Below are positions 1 to 14,261 of a stretch of 64,000 nucleotides of DNA, piece after piece. The position numbers were made by a program, and so were the translations under genes. The notes beneath the pieces were generated by a model. That model saw only the letters and a program-made list of their open reading frames with translations, was not told the DNA's origin and made no database searches. Every line of letters begins with the position of its first letter. Within the stretch, counting starts at the first letter, position 1. The DNA is from Eledone cirrhosa (lineage: Eukaryota): assembly GCA_964016885.1 (NCBI GenBank), contig OZ024740.1, positions 146,382,001 through 146,446,000 of the forward strand. The letters run 5' to 3'.

Positions 1-261
1 TTATAAATCATCAGTGAAGCCCATTAAACTTTGATATAAGAAAAAAATTCTTACTGCAGTTAAAAATCGTGTCTGTTAAGTTGCTCCTTCCCGCATCGAA
101 TGACCGGCAAATTTGAAATTCCAGCAGTTTTTGACTGAGGAAGTATTATAGCGTCACTAAGCGGGAAGGGGAGACAACTACGATCCACGAAATGTATATA
201 TATCTGTATATATATATATATATGTATATATATATGTATATGTATATATCTATATGTATGT

Positions 262-720
262 ATATTTATTAAAATAACAGATTAAAGTTTAAGCAAAGAA
301 TCGCTGCTTTCACCCTTAACGGGATCTTCTGAAACTAACAACGTCAATCTGTAAACGCAGAACTGGATATTTCAAAAAACGTTGCAACCGGAGGAAGACA
401 GGAAGACGAAACTTTGGTTCGTGGAAACGTTCGCTGGCAAAGAACAGGAAAAAACGAATAATACGTCATTAATAGGAGCGGTGAAAAATAATTACGCGCA
501 AAGACAGAACCACGTTTATGGTATAAAAGAGGTCTCTGCGTTTACAGATTGACTTTGTTAGTTTCAGAAGATCCGTTAAGGGTGAAAGCAGCGATTCTTT
601 GCTTAAACTTTAATCTGTTATTTTAATAAATATTTGCTCTACGGTTCTTATATATTTGATATATATTTATCCTTATCGAGCACTCTTTGGATTTTAGTCT
701 TCAATTTTATTATTATTACT
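262..720 (+). mobile_element. Penelope-like terminal fragment with inverted duplication
   Basis: ~100-bp inverted arms at 262-361 and 535-633. TATAAAAG in the spacer. Degenerate hammerhead-like CAGAAGA-stem-GAAA. Segment 628-720 recurs reverse-complemented at ~18594-18683. The Penelope assignment is inference. Confidence 0.5.
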
Positions 721-738
721 ATATGTATGTATATATTC

Positions 739-769
<31 letters not shown>

Positions 770-770
<1 letters not shown>

Positions 771-1549
771 ATCATCATCATCATCATCATCATCAACGTT
801 TAACGTCCGTGTTCCACGCTTGCATGGGTTTGGACGGGGGTAGTCCCACTTGAGGCAAGAGTGATTGTCTTGCTCGCATAGGACTGTCTGGCAGGTTTTC
901 TACAGTTGGATGCCCTTCCTAACACCAACCACATTTACAGTGTGGGTCTGGGAGGTTTTTACCGTGTTGCCTACACGGCCACATTACAGCGTGGACTGTG
1001 TGTTTTTTTGTCGTGACACCTACACGATCTCATTTGTTTCGGCCTGGATGGCGCGGCACCAACATAACTTTACATAGAACGGGGTGGTGTGGATGGGGTG
1101 GGGGTGGTGGCGGGACGGGGTGTATTTTGTTAGAGATGCCTACTGGCAAGGCGGGTCTTCTCTGTTACTGAGTACCGCCAAAGGTCTCGGTCCAGTGACA
1201 TTGTCTTGGAGAGGTGTAAGTGTGTGATGTCGGAGTTTATCAGCTCGTCCCAGGTTTTTCTAGGTCTGCCTATTCCGTGACTACCGTCTATCTTTATTGC
1301 CCTGCACTTTGTGATACAGCTATCGACTTTCATGCGCATCACGTGTCCATACCAACGCAGCCTTCTCTCGAGTAAACAACATCTGATCCCTCTTATCTCT
1401 AATTTTTTCCTTAGTTCGTTTATGCTTTGCCGTTCACGTATATTACTGTTACACATCCAGCGGAGCATGCAAGCTTCGTTCCTCTCTAGTCTGCGTATAT
1501 CCTCTGCACACAATGCCCAGGTCTCACTACCATGCAACATTGCTGTTCG
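770..1549 (-). mobile_element. RTE-clade LINE 3' fragment (ORF C-terminus, 3' UTR, (ATG)n tail)
   Basis: [11 protein letters not shown]...[11 protein letters not shown]...GRPRKTW; near-identical to 54958-55747. Confidence 0.92.
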
Positions 1550-1571
1550 TATATATATATATATATGTATG

Positions 1572-1646
<75 letters not shown>

Positions 1647-1685
1647 GTATATATATGTATATATATATATATATGTATATATATG

Positions 1686-1720
<35 letters not shown>

Positions 1721-1812
1721 GTATATATATGTATATATATATGTATATATATGTATATATATATATATATGTATATACATATATACATATATACATATAT
1801 ACATATATATAT

Positions 1813-2142
1813 ATCATCATCATCATCATCATCATCAACGTTTAACGTCCGTGTTCCACGCTTGCATGGGTTTGGACGGGGGTAGTCCCACTTGAGGCAA
1901 GAGTGATTGTCTTGCTCGCATAGGACTGTCTGGCAGGTTTTCTACAGTTGGATGCCCTTCCTAACACCAACCACATTTACAGTGTGGGTCTGGGAGGTTT
2001 TTACCGTGTTGCCTACACGGCCACATTACAGCGTGGACTGTGTGTTTTTTTGTCGTGACACCTACACGATCTCATTTGTTTCGGCCTGGATGGCGCGGCA
2101 CCAACATAACTTTACATAGAACGGGGTGGTGTGGATGGGGTG
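1813..2142 (-). mobile_element. Second, shorter copy of the RTE 3' UTR/tail
   Basis: Apparently identical to 770-1100; the two ORF-track translations (865 and 1907) are the same. Confidence 0.9.
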
Positions 2143-2193
2143 GATACATATATATATATACATATACATATATATATATACATATACATATAC

Positions 2194-2380
<187 letters not shown>

Positions 2381-2481
2381 AAAAAATGGGGAGAAGAATA
2401 CTGCATGGTTGCACATAGATAACATGTTATAAAATGAGTCCCTCATCAGTGATTTACCAACGGTCATAGGTATTTTATATA

Positions 2482-2539
<58 letters not shown>

Positions 2540-2572
2540 GATAGATATAGATAGATATAGATATAGATAGAT

Positions 2573-2607
<35 letters not shown>

Positions 2608-2852
2608 TATATATATAGATATATAGATAGATATATATATATATATAGATAGATATATATATATAGATATATATATAGATATATATATATATAGATATAT
2701 AGATAGATAGATATATATAGATAGATAGATAGATATATATATAGATAGATATATATATAGATAGATATATAATATAGATATATATATAGATAGATATATA
2801 ATATAGATAGATATATATATATAGATATATATATAGATATATATATAGATAT

Positions 2853-2930
<78 letters not shown>

Positions 2931-2932
<2 letters not shown>

Positions 2933-3271
2933 TTTCATCATCATTTCATTTTACGTCCACTTTTCCCTGCTTGCAAGGGTGGGACGGGAACTGATTCTGG
3001 CTTGATTTCTACAGCTGGATGCCCTTCCTAACACCAACCTCATTTACAGTGAGTGCTGGGTGCTTTTTTGCCGTGGCACCTCCACGACCACTTTGCAGTG
3101 GAATGATAGGGACCCGAGTCCCTATCATCTCATTTCTACAGCTGAGTAAACTGGAGCAATGTGAAATAAAGTGTCTTGCTCAAGGAAACAACACATCACC
3201 TGGTCTGAGAATTGAACTCACAACCTTTCGATTGCAAGGCCAATGCTCTAACCACTAAGCCATGTGCCTCC
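2931..3271 (-). mobile_element. tRNA-derived SINE with CORE-like middle and RTE-like tail
   Basis: Minus-strand head GGAGGCACATGGCTTAGTGGTTAGAGC (A box) ...GAGTTCAATTCT (B box), then CCTTGAGCAAGACACTT, then a tail ending GGACGTAAAATGAAATGATGATG. Confidence 0.8.
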
Positions 3272-3391
3272 ATATATATATATATATATATAATATATAT
3301 ATATATATATAGCTATATAGATATCTATATATATAGATATATAGATATCTATATATAGATATATATAGATATAGATATATAGATATAGATA

Positions 3392-3431
<40 letters not shown>

Positions 3432-3465
3432 CACATATATATACATATATATATATATCTATATC

Positions 3466-3679
<214 letters not shown>

Positions 3680-3686
3680 TATATAC

Positions 3687-3790
<104 letters not shown>

Positions 3791-4183
3791 GTATATATGT
3801 CTATATATATACATATATATATATATGAAATACCTATGACCGTTGGTAAATCACTGATGAGGGACTCATTTTATAACATGTTATCCATGTGCAACCATGC
3901 AGTATTCTTCTCCCCATTTTTTCACACACACACATATATATATATATATATACATATATATGTATATTTATATACATATATATACATCTATATATGTATA
4001 TATATATATATGTATATATATACATATATATACATGTATATATGTATATATATATAAGTATATATATACCTATATATACATGTATATATGTATATATATA
4101 CATATATATATACATGTACATATGTATATATATACATGTATATATATATATATATATACATGTATATATATATATATATACAT

Positions 4184-4262
<79 letters not shown>

Positions 4263-4278
4263 AACATATATATACATG

Positions 4279-4350
<72 letters not shown>

Positions 4351-4411
4351 CATACACATATATATATATACATGTATATATATATATATACATGTATATA
4401 TATATATATAT

Positions 4412-4485
<74 letters not shown>

Positions 4486-4512
4486 ATATATATACATGTA
4501 TATATATACATG

Positions 4513-4544
<32 letters not shown>

Positions 4545-4725
4545 CTTATACGGTATTAACAAATGGAAACTATATTTATAAAACCATATTTACTTCATCA
4601 TACATATTTCAAGGACACCAAGTTAAGTTATGTTGTGCTTTCAACAGATAAAATATAATATAGATCAGTTTTAAAAATACATATTGACATACCCTTAAAG
4701 AATGCAACCATTGCTGTTGGAAGCT

Positions 4726-4788
<63 letters not shown>

Positions 4789-4919
4789 CATATATATATA
4801 TATGTAATAATATATATATATGTATGTATATATAATGTATATATGATGATATATATATACATATATATACATATGTTTATATATATACATGTATATATAT
4901 ACATATGTATAATAAATAC

Positions 4920-4966
<47 letters not shown>

Positions 4967-5082
4967 TGTATGTATATATATATGTATGTATATATATATG
5001 TATGTATATATATATGTATGTATATATATATGTATGTATATATATATGTATGTATATACATATGTATATATATATATGTATG

Positions 5083-5113
<31 letters not shown>

Positions 5114-5238
5114 GTATGTATATATACATATAAGTATGTATATATATGTATATATATATATATATACATATGTATATATATATACATGTATATATACATA
5201 TGTATATATATATATATACATATTTATGTATATATATG

Positions 5239-6499
5239 TATATTCGTTGTTAATTCTAACCTTGCTCACTGTTTCTTTATACATGGCTTGTATAGCTCTC
5301 ACAAGCCATTCGTCAACACCTAGTTTTCTAAGGGCCCACCAGATAATGGAACGGGGGACTCTGTCGAAGGCTTTCTCCAAGCCGACAAAGGCTAAACCCC
5401 TATACTTAGCCTTTGTCGACTTGGAGAAAGCCTTCGACAGAGTCCCCCGTTCCATTATCTGGTGGGCTCTTAGAAAACTAGGCGTTGACGAATGGCTTGT
5501 GAGAGCTATACAAGCCATGTATAAAGAAACAGTCAGCAAGGTTAGAATTAACAACGAATATAGTGAAGAGTTTAGCGTAAAAGTTGGTGTCCATCAGGGC
5601 TCTGTTCTTAGCCCCCTACTATTAATTATTGCTCTTCAGGCTATAACAGAGGAGTTCAAGACCGGCTGCCCATGGGAACTCCTATATGCAGATGACCTAA
5701 CTCTCATAGCTGAATCAATGGCCGAGCTAGAGAAGAAATTCCAAACATGGAAGCACGGCCTAGAATCAAAAGGCCTTAAAATTAACCTGGCTAAGACTAA
5801 AGTTCTAGTTTGTAGGAAAGAAAATAAGGCGCCGGTCCCTTCCGGAAAATGCTCAGTGTGTAGGAAAGGCGTAGGTAGAAACTCCATTTTATGTCCCAAA
5901 TGCAAAGTATGGGTGCATAAAAGATGTAGTGTGATCACAGGTAAGCTAACTAAGAACACAGATTTTACATGTGGCCGGTGCTCTGGTGCAATAAGTAGCA
6001 GCAAGTGCCCACAAAATACTAGCTCTTTCAACTGCGCAGAGGATTCTATAGAAATAGTGGACAGCTTCCGTTACCTGGGTGACAAAATCAGCAGTGGGGG
6101 AGGGTGCTCTGAAAGTACAGTAGCTAGAGTCAGAACTGGATGGAAAAAGTTCAGAGAGCTTATACCACTATTAGCCGCTAAAGGATTCTCCCTAAAAATG
6201 AAAGGCAGGTTGTATGATGCCTGCATACGAACAGCAATGTTGCATGGCAGTAAGACCTGGGCATTGTGTGCAGAGGATATACGCAGACTAGAGAGGAACG
6301 AAGCTTGCATGCTCCGCTGGATGTGTAATAGTAACATACGTGAACAGCAAAGCATAAACGAACTAAGGGAAAAATTAGAAATAAGAGGGATCAGATGTTG
6401 TTTACTCGAGAGAAGGCTACGTTGGTATGGTCACGTGATGTACATGAAAGACGACAGCTGTATAAAAAAGTGCAGGGCAATAAAGATAGACGGTAGCCA
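5239..6499 (+). mobile_element. RTE LINE internal fragment (RT region) with 5' fold-back duplication
   Basis: [28 protein letters not shown] and FRYLG motifs in an open frame. 5239-5395 is the reverse complement of 5406-5562. Confidence 0.93.
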
Positions 6500-6850
6500 A
6501 TGTATATATATATATACATATGTATATATATATAAATATAACGAAGCAAATGTGGTAAGGAACCAGATGGACCAAACGCACCAAAGTACTCAATTCTTAG
6601 GGTAGTAGAGTGGGTAATATGTATATATATACATATATGTATATATATATGTATATGCATATATCATCATCATCGTTTAACGTCCATCTTCCACGCTAGC
6701 ATGGGTCTGGACGGGAGTTGTCCCACTTGAGGCAAGATTGGTTGTCTTGCTCAGGACTCTCTGGCGGGTTTTCTACGGCTGAATGCCCTTCCTAACACCA
6801 ACCATACATACTTATACATATATATATGCATACATACTTATATACATACA

Positions 6851-6889
<39 letters not shown>

Positions 6890-6894
6890 GTATG

Positions 6895-6953
<59 letters not shown>

Positions 6954-7191
6954 CAACAGTCGATCGACTTTCGTCAAATTAGACCAAGGAAACAATATTG
7001 CCGTTGGTCTTTCCAATTGCTAATACTATATATCGGTCGCAACTCCAGGTAGAAGGAGCAACGTGAAATAAAGTGTTTTGCTCAGGGACACAACGCATCG
7101 CCCGGTCTAGAAATCTAACTCACAAACTCACAGCCACGCGCCTTCACTGGTATAAATACATACGTATATGTATATATACCTATATGTATAT

Positions 7192-7234
<43 letters not shown>

Positions 7235-7336
7235 GTAGGAAGTGAAATGCGCATAATAAAATAATAGGAACTCTTTTAACCATCTTTTGATCTTATATTA
7301 TATATATATATATATATATAAATATATACCTATATG

Positions 7337-7384
<48 letters not shown>

Positions 7385-7396
7385 TATACCTATATG

Positions 7397-7452
<56 letters not shown>

Positions 7453-7531
7453 TACATGTATATATATATATACATGTATATATATATACATGTATATCTA
7501 TGCATATATATATATATACATGTATATATAT

Positions 7532-7580
<49 letters not shown>

Positions 7581-7589
7581 TATATACAC

Positions 7590-7620
<31 letters not shown>

Positions 7621-7883
7621 CACTCATATATACATATATCATATATATATGTATTTGTGTGTGTGTGTGTGTATATACACATATATATATAGAGAGAGAG
7701 TATATATACATATATATATATAACAGTTTGGATCTATCTGTGGAAACAGCCAGAGCTCAGCCATCTGGGTCCTGAATCTATTTTTTATATATACATATGT
7801 GTATATATATACATCATCATCATCATCATGTATATATACATATACTTGATGATGATGTATATACACACACACACATATATATG

Positions 7884-7917
<34 letters not shown>

Positions 7918-7918
7918 G

Positions 7919-7986
<68 letters not shown>

Positions 7987-8042
7987 GCTATATGTATATA
8001 TATGATATATGTATATATATATATGTGTATATATATATATAC

Positions 8043-8765
8043 ACTAGCAGAGGTACTCGGCATTTTGGCCGCCAACAGACCTAATCGTGGAAAAACTGCA
8101 TGCCTCGACAATATATAAAGAAAATAAACCTAATACTCTGATGGCTGGATAAGATTTTCCTTGATGAAGCTGCAAAAATGCCGGTTTTCACCTAATGCAG
8201 GCCCTAGGGGATCAAGAAAATGAATTTTTTAATGTGCATAATACGCCTTGAAATTTCGGGAAAATCGGCTCGACGTAACGCCTTAAAAAAGCTGAAAAAA
8301 TGAAGTTTTTCACCTAATGCGGGCCCTAGGAGATCAAAATGTTGAATATTTTATGTGCATAACACTCCCTGAAACATAAGTAATACACATGTAAAGTTTG
8401 AAAAAATCGGTTGGGTACTTCTCGCGTTTTAGGGATTTAAACTCAGACACACACAGACTGATAGACATCTTCAGGGAAGTGACGTAATGCAGACAGTCAG
8501 ACATACAGACAGTATAAGGGCGCAACGTTGTATGTATGTATCTATCTAAAAAGAGGAAGACTAAGAATTATAGAGAGAGATCGCTAAATCGCCTAATGAG
8601 GTCCCTAGGGTATGGAAAATTTGAAATTTTTTTTGCTCAGAAGACTCCCTGAAACAAGTACATGTGTAAAGTTTGAAAACAATCAGTTGGGTGCTTCTCG
8701 AGTTTTAGGGATTCAAACTCACACACACACACACACACAGACTGACATCTTCAGTTTTATATATT
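8043..8765 (-). mobile_element. Probable non-autonomous Helitron-like element
   Basis: Minus strand begins ATATATAAAACTGAAGATGTC and ends ...GAGTACCTCTGCTAGT. Internal direct repeats (CACCTAATGC.GGCCCTAGG). Confidence 0.45.
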
Positions 8766-8821
8766 TATTGATGCGTATATATACATATATATAGATATGT
8801 ATATACATATATATAGATATG

Positions 8822-8872
<51 letters not shown>

Positions 8873-8875
<3 letters not shown>

Positions 8876-9192
8876 GAGCATTGTCCTTGCAATCGAAAGG
8901 TTGTGAGTTCAATTCTCAGACCGGGTGATGTGTTGTTTCCTTGAGCAAGACACTTTATTTCACATTGCTCCAGTTTACTCAGCTGTAGAAATGAGATGAT
9001 AGGGACTAGGGTCCATATCATTCCACTGCAAAGTGGTCGTGGAGGTGCCACGGCAATAAAGCACCCAGTACTCACTGTAAATGAGGTTGGTGTTAGGAAG
9101 GGCATCCAGCTGTAGAAATCAAGCCAAAAATCAGTTCCTGTCCTACCCTTGCAAGCAGGGAAAAGCGGACGTAAAATGAAATGATGATGATG
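8873..9192 (+). mobile_element. 5'-truncated copy of the tRNA-derived SINE
   Basis: Reverse complement of 2931-3252 with few differences. Confidence 0.85.
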
Positions 9193-9859
9193 ATATATAT
9201 ATATATATATATTATTATTATTACCATCATTTAACTTTGCCTTTCATCCTTCCGGGGTCAATAGAATAAAGTACCAGTAATACATTGGGTAATTGCTGGC
9301 CTTGTGCCAAAAGTAGAAACAATTATTATCATCATTTAATATCCATTTTTCTCTTGCATGGGTCTGATGGGTTTTCACATTATTCGACAAGTAAGGTCAA
9401 GTGACCACATCTTGCTCATATGGATCTGTTTTGGCTTGGTTTCTATGGCTGGATGCCTTTCCTTATGCCAACCATGTTACACTCTGGTCAGTGCTTTTTA
9501 TTGTTGCACCAAAACGATCATCTAATGAGTTGAATCAGGCACTATTTATCATATCACCAGCACAACCATCTTACAGGGTGAGCTGTGTGCTTTTTGTTGT
9601 GTCATTAACACAATCACCTTACAGCGTGGAATAGGCCATTTTTTTTTTTTTTTCCTTCCCGTATCACCAACGCGACCACTTCTCAGGGAGGACTGGGTGT
9701 TTTTGTCATACCATCGTATCATCATACAGGAAGGACTTAGTGCTTTTTTGTAATAGTGGGAGATGTGGAGAGTGTCTAGCTTTACATACTAGATGGGTGA
9801 ATTAGAGGATTGGTAGGGAGAAAATTCTTGCAGACTAGTGTCCTCTACATGATTGTTTT

Positions 9860-11720
9860 ATACTGTGGGTTGTCAGCAACATAGCATAATGCCAGAGATC
9901 TTAATCCTGAATTATCTCTTTTGAGAAGTTTAATTGGGCAAGGTTAGTTTTATTCATCCCAATATTTCCTACGTCATCCTTTTCCATTGCTTCCGGCAAC
10001 TTTGAATGCCCTGCACCTTTTTATACAGCTGTCATCCTCCATGTACATCACATGTCCATATCATCGTAATCTCCGCTCCTGCACACTGCATCTGACCTTT
10101 TTCATATCCAGTTGCTCTCTCAGTTCATTGATGCTTCACCATTCATTCACACTATTATTACACATCCATTGAAGTATGCAAGCTTCATTTTTTCCAATTT
10201 TTGTAGGTCCTCTGCATACACTGTCCAGATTTCATTCCTATGCAGCATTACTGATCATATACAAGCAGCATACAATCTGCCTATTATTTTGCAGGAAAAA
10301 CCTTTAGTAGCTAGCAGTGGTGGTAACTCATTGAACTTTTCCCATGCTGTTCTCACTCTGGCTACTGTATTTTCAGAACATACTGTATTTTCAGAACCTC
10401 CACCCCCACTTGTAATTTGGTCACCGAGGTAACAGAAGCTATCAACTACTTCTACTATGCTCTCTGTGCAGTTAATGTAGCTTGTTTCCTGTGAGCTCTT
10501 GCTGCTTACTACTATTCATTGACCACATATGAAATCTATGTTCTTTGTTAGCCTGCCAGAGATCCCACCACCTCTTGTATACCCATAGTTTGCATTTGGG
10601 ACATAGGATGGAATTTCTATCCATTCCTTTCCTGAACACTGAACAAGGCGATTTCCCTGATGGGATCAGGGTTCTGTTTTCCTTTCTACTTACTGGGACT
10701 TGAGTCTTTGCCACGCTAACTATTAGATCTTTTGCTTCTAAGCCATGCTTCCAGGTCAGGAATTTCTTCTCGAATTCTGCCATAGTTCCCATTGGCAACC
10801 AATCTTAAACCTGCAAGATGATCATAAACAGGAAAGAGCTAAGTATAGCCCTGATGAACTCCTACTTTCACACTAAATTCCTCACTTTAATCATTGTTAA
10901 TTCTAACCTTGTTCACTGCTCGTCTATACATAGCTTGTACTGTTCTCACCTCTTTGCTCTTGTAGCCATTGATGCTGTTGCTGCTATGCCAGTCATTGGG
11001 TATGACACCATTCTGAATTATTTAGTTTAGGATATGGGTGGTTAAGGTGTGACCCATCATTCCAGATGCTTTCAACATCTCAGCAACTATCTCTGATGGT
11101 CCAGCTGCTTTGCCTGTTTTCATATCCTTAATTACCTTACTTAATATGGGTCAACTTCAGGCAGACCATCATCTTCTCATTCATTCTCCTCATTCAGTAG
11201 TTTTCCATAATGACCCTTCCATGCTTCTTTATTTTCACCATCAAAGAGTGCAATGCGCCATTATCATCTCCCGAACAATATCACAATTTTCCCTGACACA
11301 CAGCCTCACAATCCCGAACACCTTGCAATTTTGGTCCTCATATCGCAAAATATGCTTAAAGTTTTTATTTTCTGCTTCCCTCCTGGCAAAGTATACTTGT
11401 CGCCTAGCTTCTTGGTAATGTTCTTTGCTTCTCTCATTCTGTCATTCTTTACTTGCCTGTCTCTTGGCCTTAATTGTCTCATCTACCCTACTATTCCACT
11501 ATTCATGGTCTTCAGTAGATTATCTCTCAGGAACTTCTACTACTCCTCCAAATAATAAATCTTTATTTCTTCTTCCTTACTGTCAAAGGTGTCAAGCAAG
11601 ATACTTCTAAATTTGTTACTGGCTGAGGGCTCCCTCAACTTCCCTGACCTTCTGCTCTAGATTGTCATTTTTCTCAATGTTCGTCTATAAAGTTATTAAC
11701 TACTAGGTTATGTTGCATTT
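9860..11720 (-). mobile_element. Decayed RTE LINE
   Basis: Minus-strand remnants MAEFEKKFLTWKHGLEAK...[13 protein letters not shown], with many stops and frameshifts. Confidence 0.8.
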
Positions 11721-13547
11721 TCAACCATCACTCTATCTTGTCTTCTGGTGAGGATAAAATCTATCAATATATATAGGGTAAAGACCTCCTTTTGTCACGA
11801 ATGACCATGGGATTTGCACCTAGAAAGTTCTCCTTCGAGGCACAAGTCCGGGCAATGTTGTTTGTAGAAGACCAGCAGTTGTCCATGCATACCATTCTGT
11901 CCTCATCACCGATGTCCAAAGGATAGGCAAAAGTCAATACAACTTGGTACCAGTGACGTCTTAACTCATTTCTACACCTGAGTGTAGAAATGAGTTATGA
12001 CGTCACTGGTACCAACTTGAGCAATGTGAAATATAGTGTCTTTCTCAAGGACACAATGCATCACCCGGTCCGAGAAATGAACCCAGAACCTCACGATTAC
12101 AAGCCCAAAGTTCTAACCACTAAGCCATGCACCTTCAATATATGTATATATATATGTGTGTGTGTTTGTGTGTGTGTGTGTGAGATCTTTGGAGTTATGC
12201 TGTAATACAGAAGACCTGCCTTCCCTTGTGCATGAGTTAAAGCATACATCTTTTATGCACTAACTTTCCCTCCCCCTTCCATATATGCCCCACATCCTAA
12301 TATCCTACTCCTCCCCCCAAGTATCTCTTATCCTAACACCTCACCCTTCATCCACATCCCTACACCCTCACCCTTCAGATAAGTGCTCCACCCTAGATCT
12401 ACCTCACCAATCCCCACGTGCTTCCCCCACTCCACACTGTAAAGTGGTTGTGTAGGTGTCATGATAAATAGTGCCCAGTCCACACTGTAAAGTGGTCGTG
12501 TAGGTGTCAACAAAAAGTGCCCAGTTCACACTGTAAAGTGGTCGTGTAGGTGTGTGACAACAAAGAGTGCCCAGTTCACACTAAAATGATCGTGTGGTTG
12601 GCATCAAGAATATCCAGCTGTAGAAACCAAGCCAGAAACAGTTCTGTATCAGCAATACATGATCATCTGATCTGGCTTATCTCACAATGGGACAACTCTT
12701 CTAACCCATGCTAGTGTGGAAAAATGGATGTTTGAACGGTGATGATGTATATGTATTGCTGATGCATAAATGTATGCTGCATTTATGGGTTAATTTTTCC
12801 ATGTCAATAAAAGTGAACCAAATTTGAAAATACAAGAAAATGATGCCACATGACCTGGCATATCTAGTGGCAACATGCCTATATCAGATTTTTTCAAGTA
12901 CTGCATGGAAACGTTTTGCATTGACTATTTGTTGTATGTGCATGTGTTACCAACAGGAAAGTGTCATGCATATGTGACCGATGATGTAACAATGTGTATA
13001 TATATATATATATACACACATATATACATACACACACACATACATACATACATAGTTATTCAGAATTTCATTGACATGAAGACGTGATTAATTTTTCACA
13101 TAGCCGTAGTGGGCGACTTGAGCATGATTGGTTTGTTCAGAGACCACAGAAACTCCACCATCTGGTACCATTTCATTTGGAAGCTTGGAGATCAGAGACA
13201 AATTTTACCAGTTATAAACTGGTGTTGTTGATATAGCCTCTCTATTCTTTAGTTGGTTATATATCTGCCATCTATGCCTCTCTGAGAACTTGCATATCGT
13301 TAAAGAAATTTGTGGCATCTCTAAACAGAAAATCTGTCCTGTCACAGAAATCCATGTCAATACAAGTGAACCAAATTTGAAAATTAAATTCAAGAAAATG
13401 ATGCCACATGATCTGCCATATTCAGTAATAACATGCCAATAAAAAAAAACAACTAAAGACATCAGACTTCATTATGTTTTTCTTTGGCAGCGAGGCTACC
13501 CACATGTTTATTGTATGTAAGCATATTATATATGTATTCATACATAC

Positions 13548-13582
<35 letters not shown>

Positions 13583-14204
13583 CATCATTTAATGTCTTTT
13601 TTTCTATATACTCCTATATAGGTATAAGCACATATCAAGATATATATCTATATACCCACACTCTTGCAAATAAACGTGCATGCACACAAATACACATACA
13701 CACACTACACTGATTGAAGAATGGGGACCTAGTGAAAGAGAGCACCTTAGCTGATTCAATCCCTCCCACACATCATACCACTTATTATCATTATATCTAT
13801 CACTCCCATCAACTGACCATTTCTTCTGAATATCTCCCTTTACCTACCCAGCACTCACCTTTACTAATTTATCTCTCTTTCCCCTTCACTGCCTCCAATT
13901 TCACCTCTTGGTCATCATTCCCCTTCACATTACCTTCTCAGACTCCATGAAGTGGAGATGTCTTTTTGGCCATACAGTGGACAAAACCTCTTAAGTGTTA
14001 GTATGACAATAAAATGCAACTACTGCATCGTGTAAATTGATAGATCATCAAATGATATGATAAAAGGCACTTAGTGCATTCTGTAATATTGTTGGCATTT
14101 GAATGGAGATAACATAGAAACCATGTCAAAATTTGGAGAATTTAAACCTGACTTGGTCCCTGACTTATGCCACCATAAAAAGCAGATGTGAAATGATACA
14201 TATA

Positions 14205-14254
<50 letters not shown>

Positions 14255-14261
14255 CATATGT

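Noticed and set aside
1-190. Promoter or first exon suggested by local CpG retention
   Set aside because: No clear TSS elements or splice donor; cannot be supported from sequence alone.
3195-3271. tRNA gene
   Set aside because: A and B boxes are present, but the sequence runs into a SINE body with no proper acceptor stem or poly-T terminator; it is a SINE head.
4905-6605. 566-aa ORF as an intact gene
   Set aside because: Chimera of TA repeat, inverted RTE arm and a truncated RT fragment; lacks the endonuclease and C-terminus.
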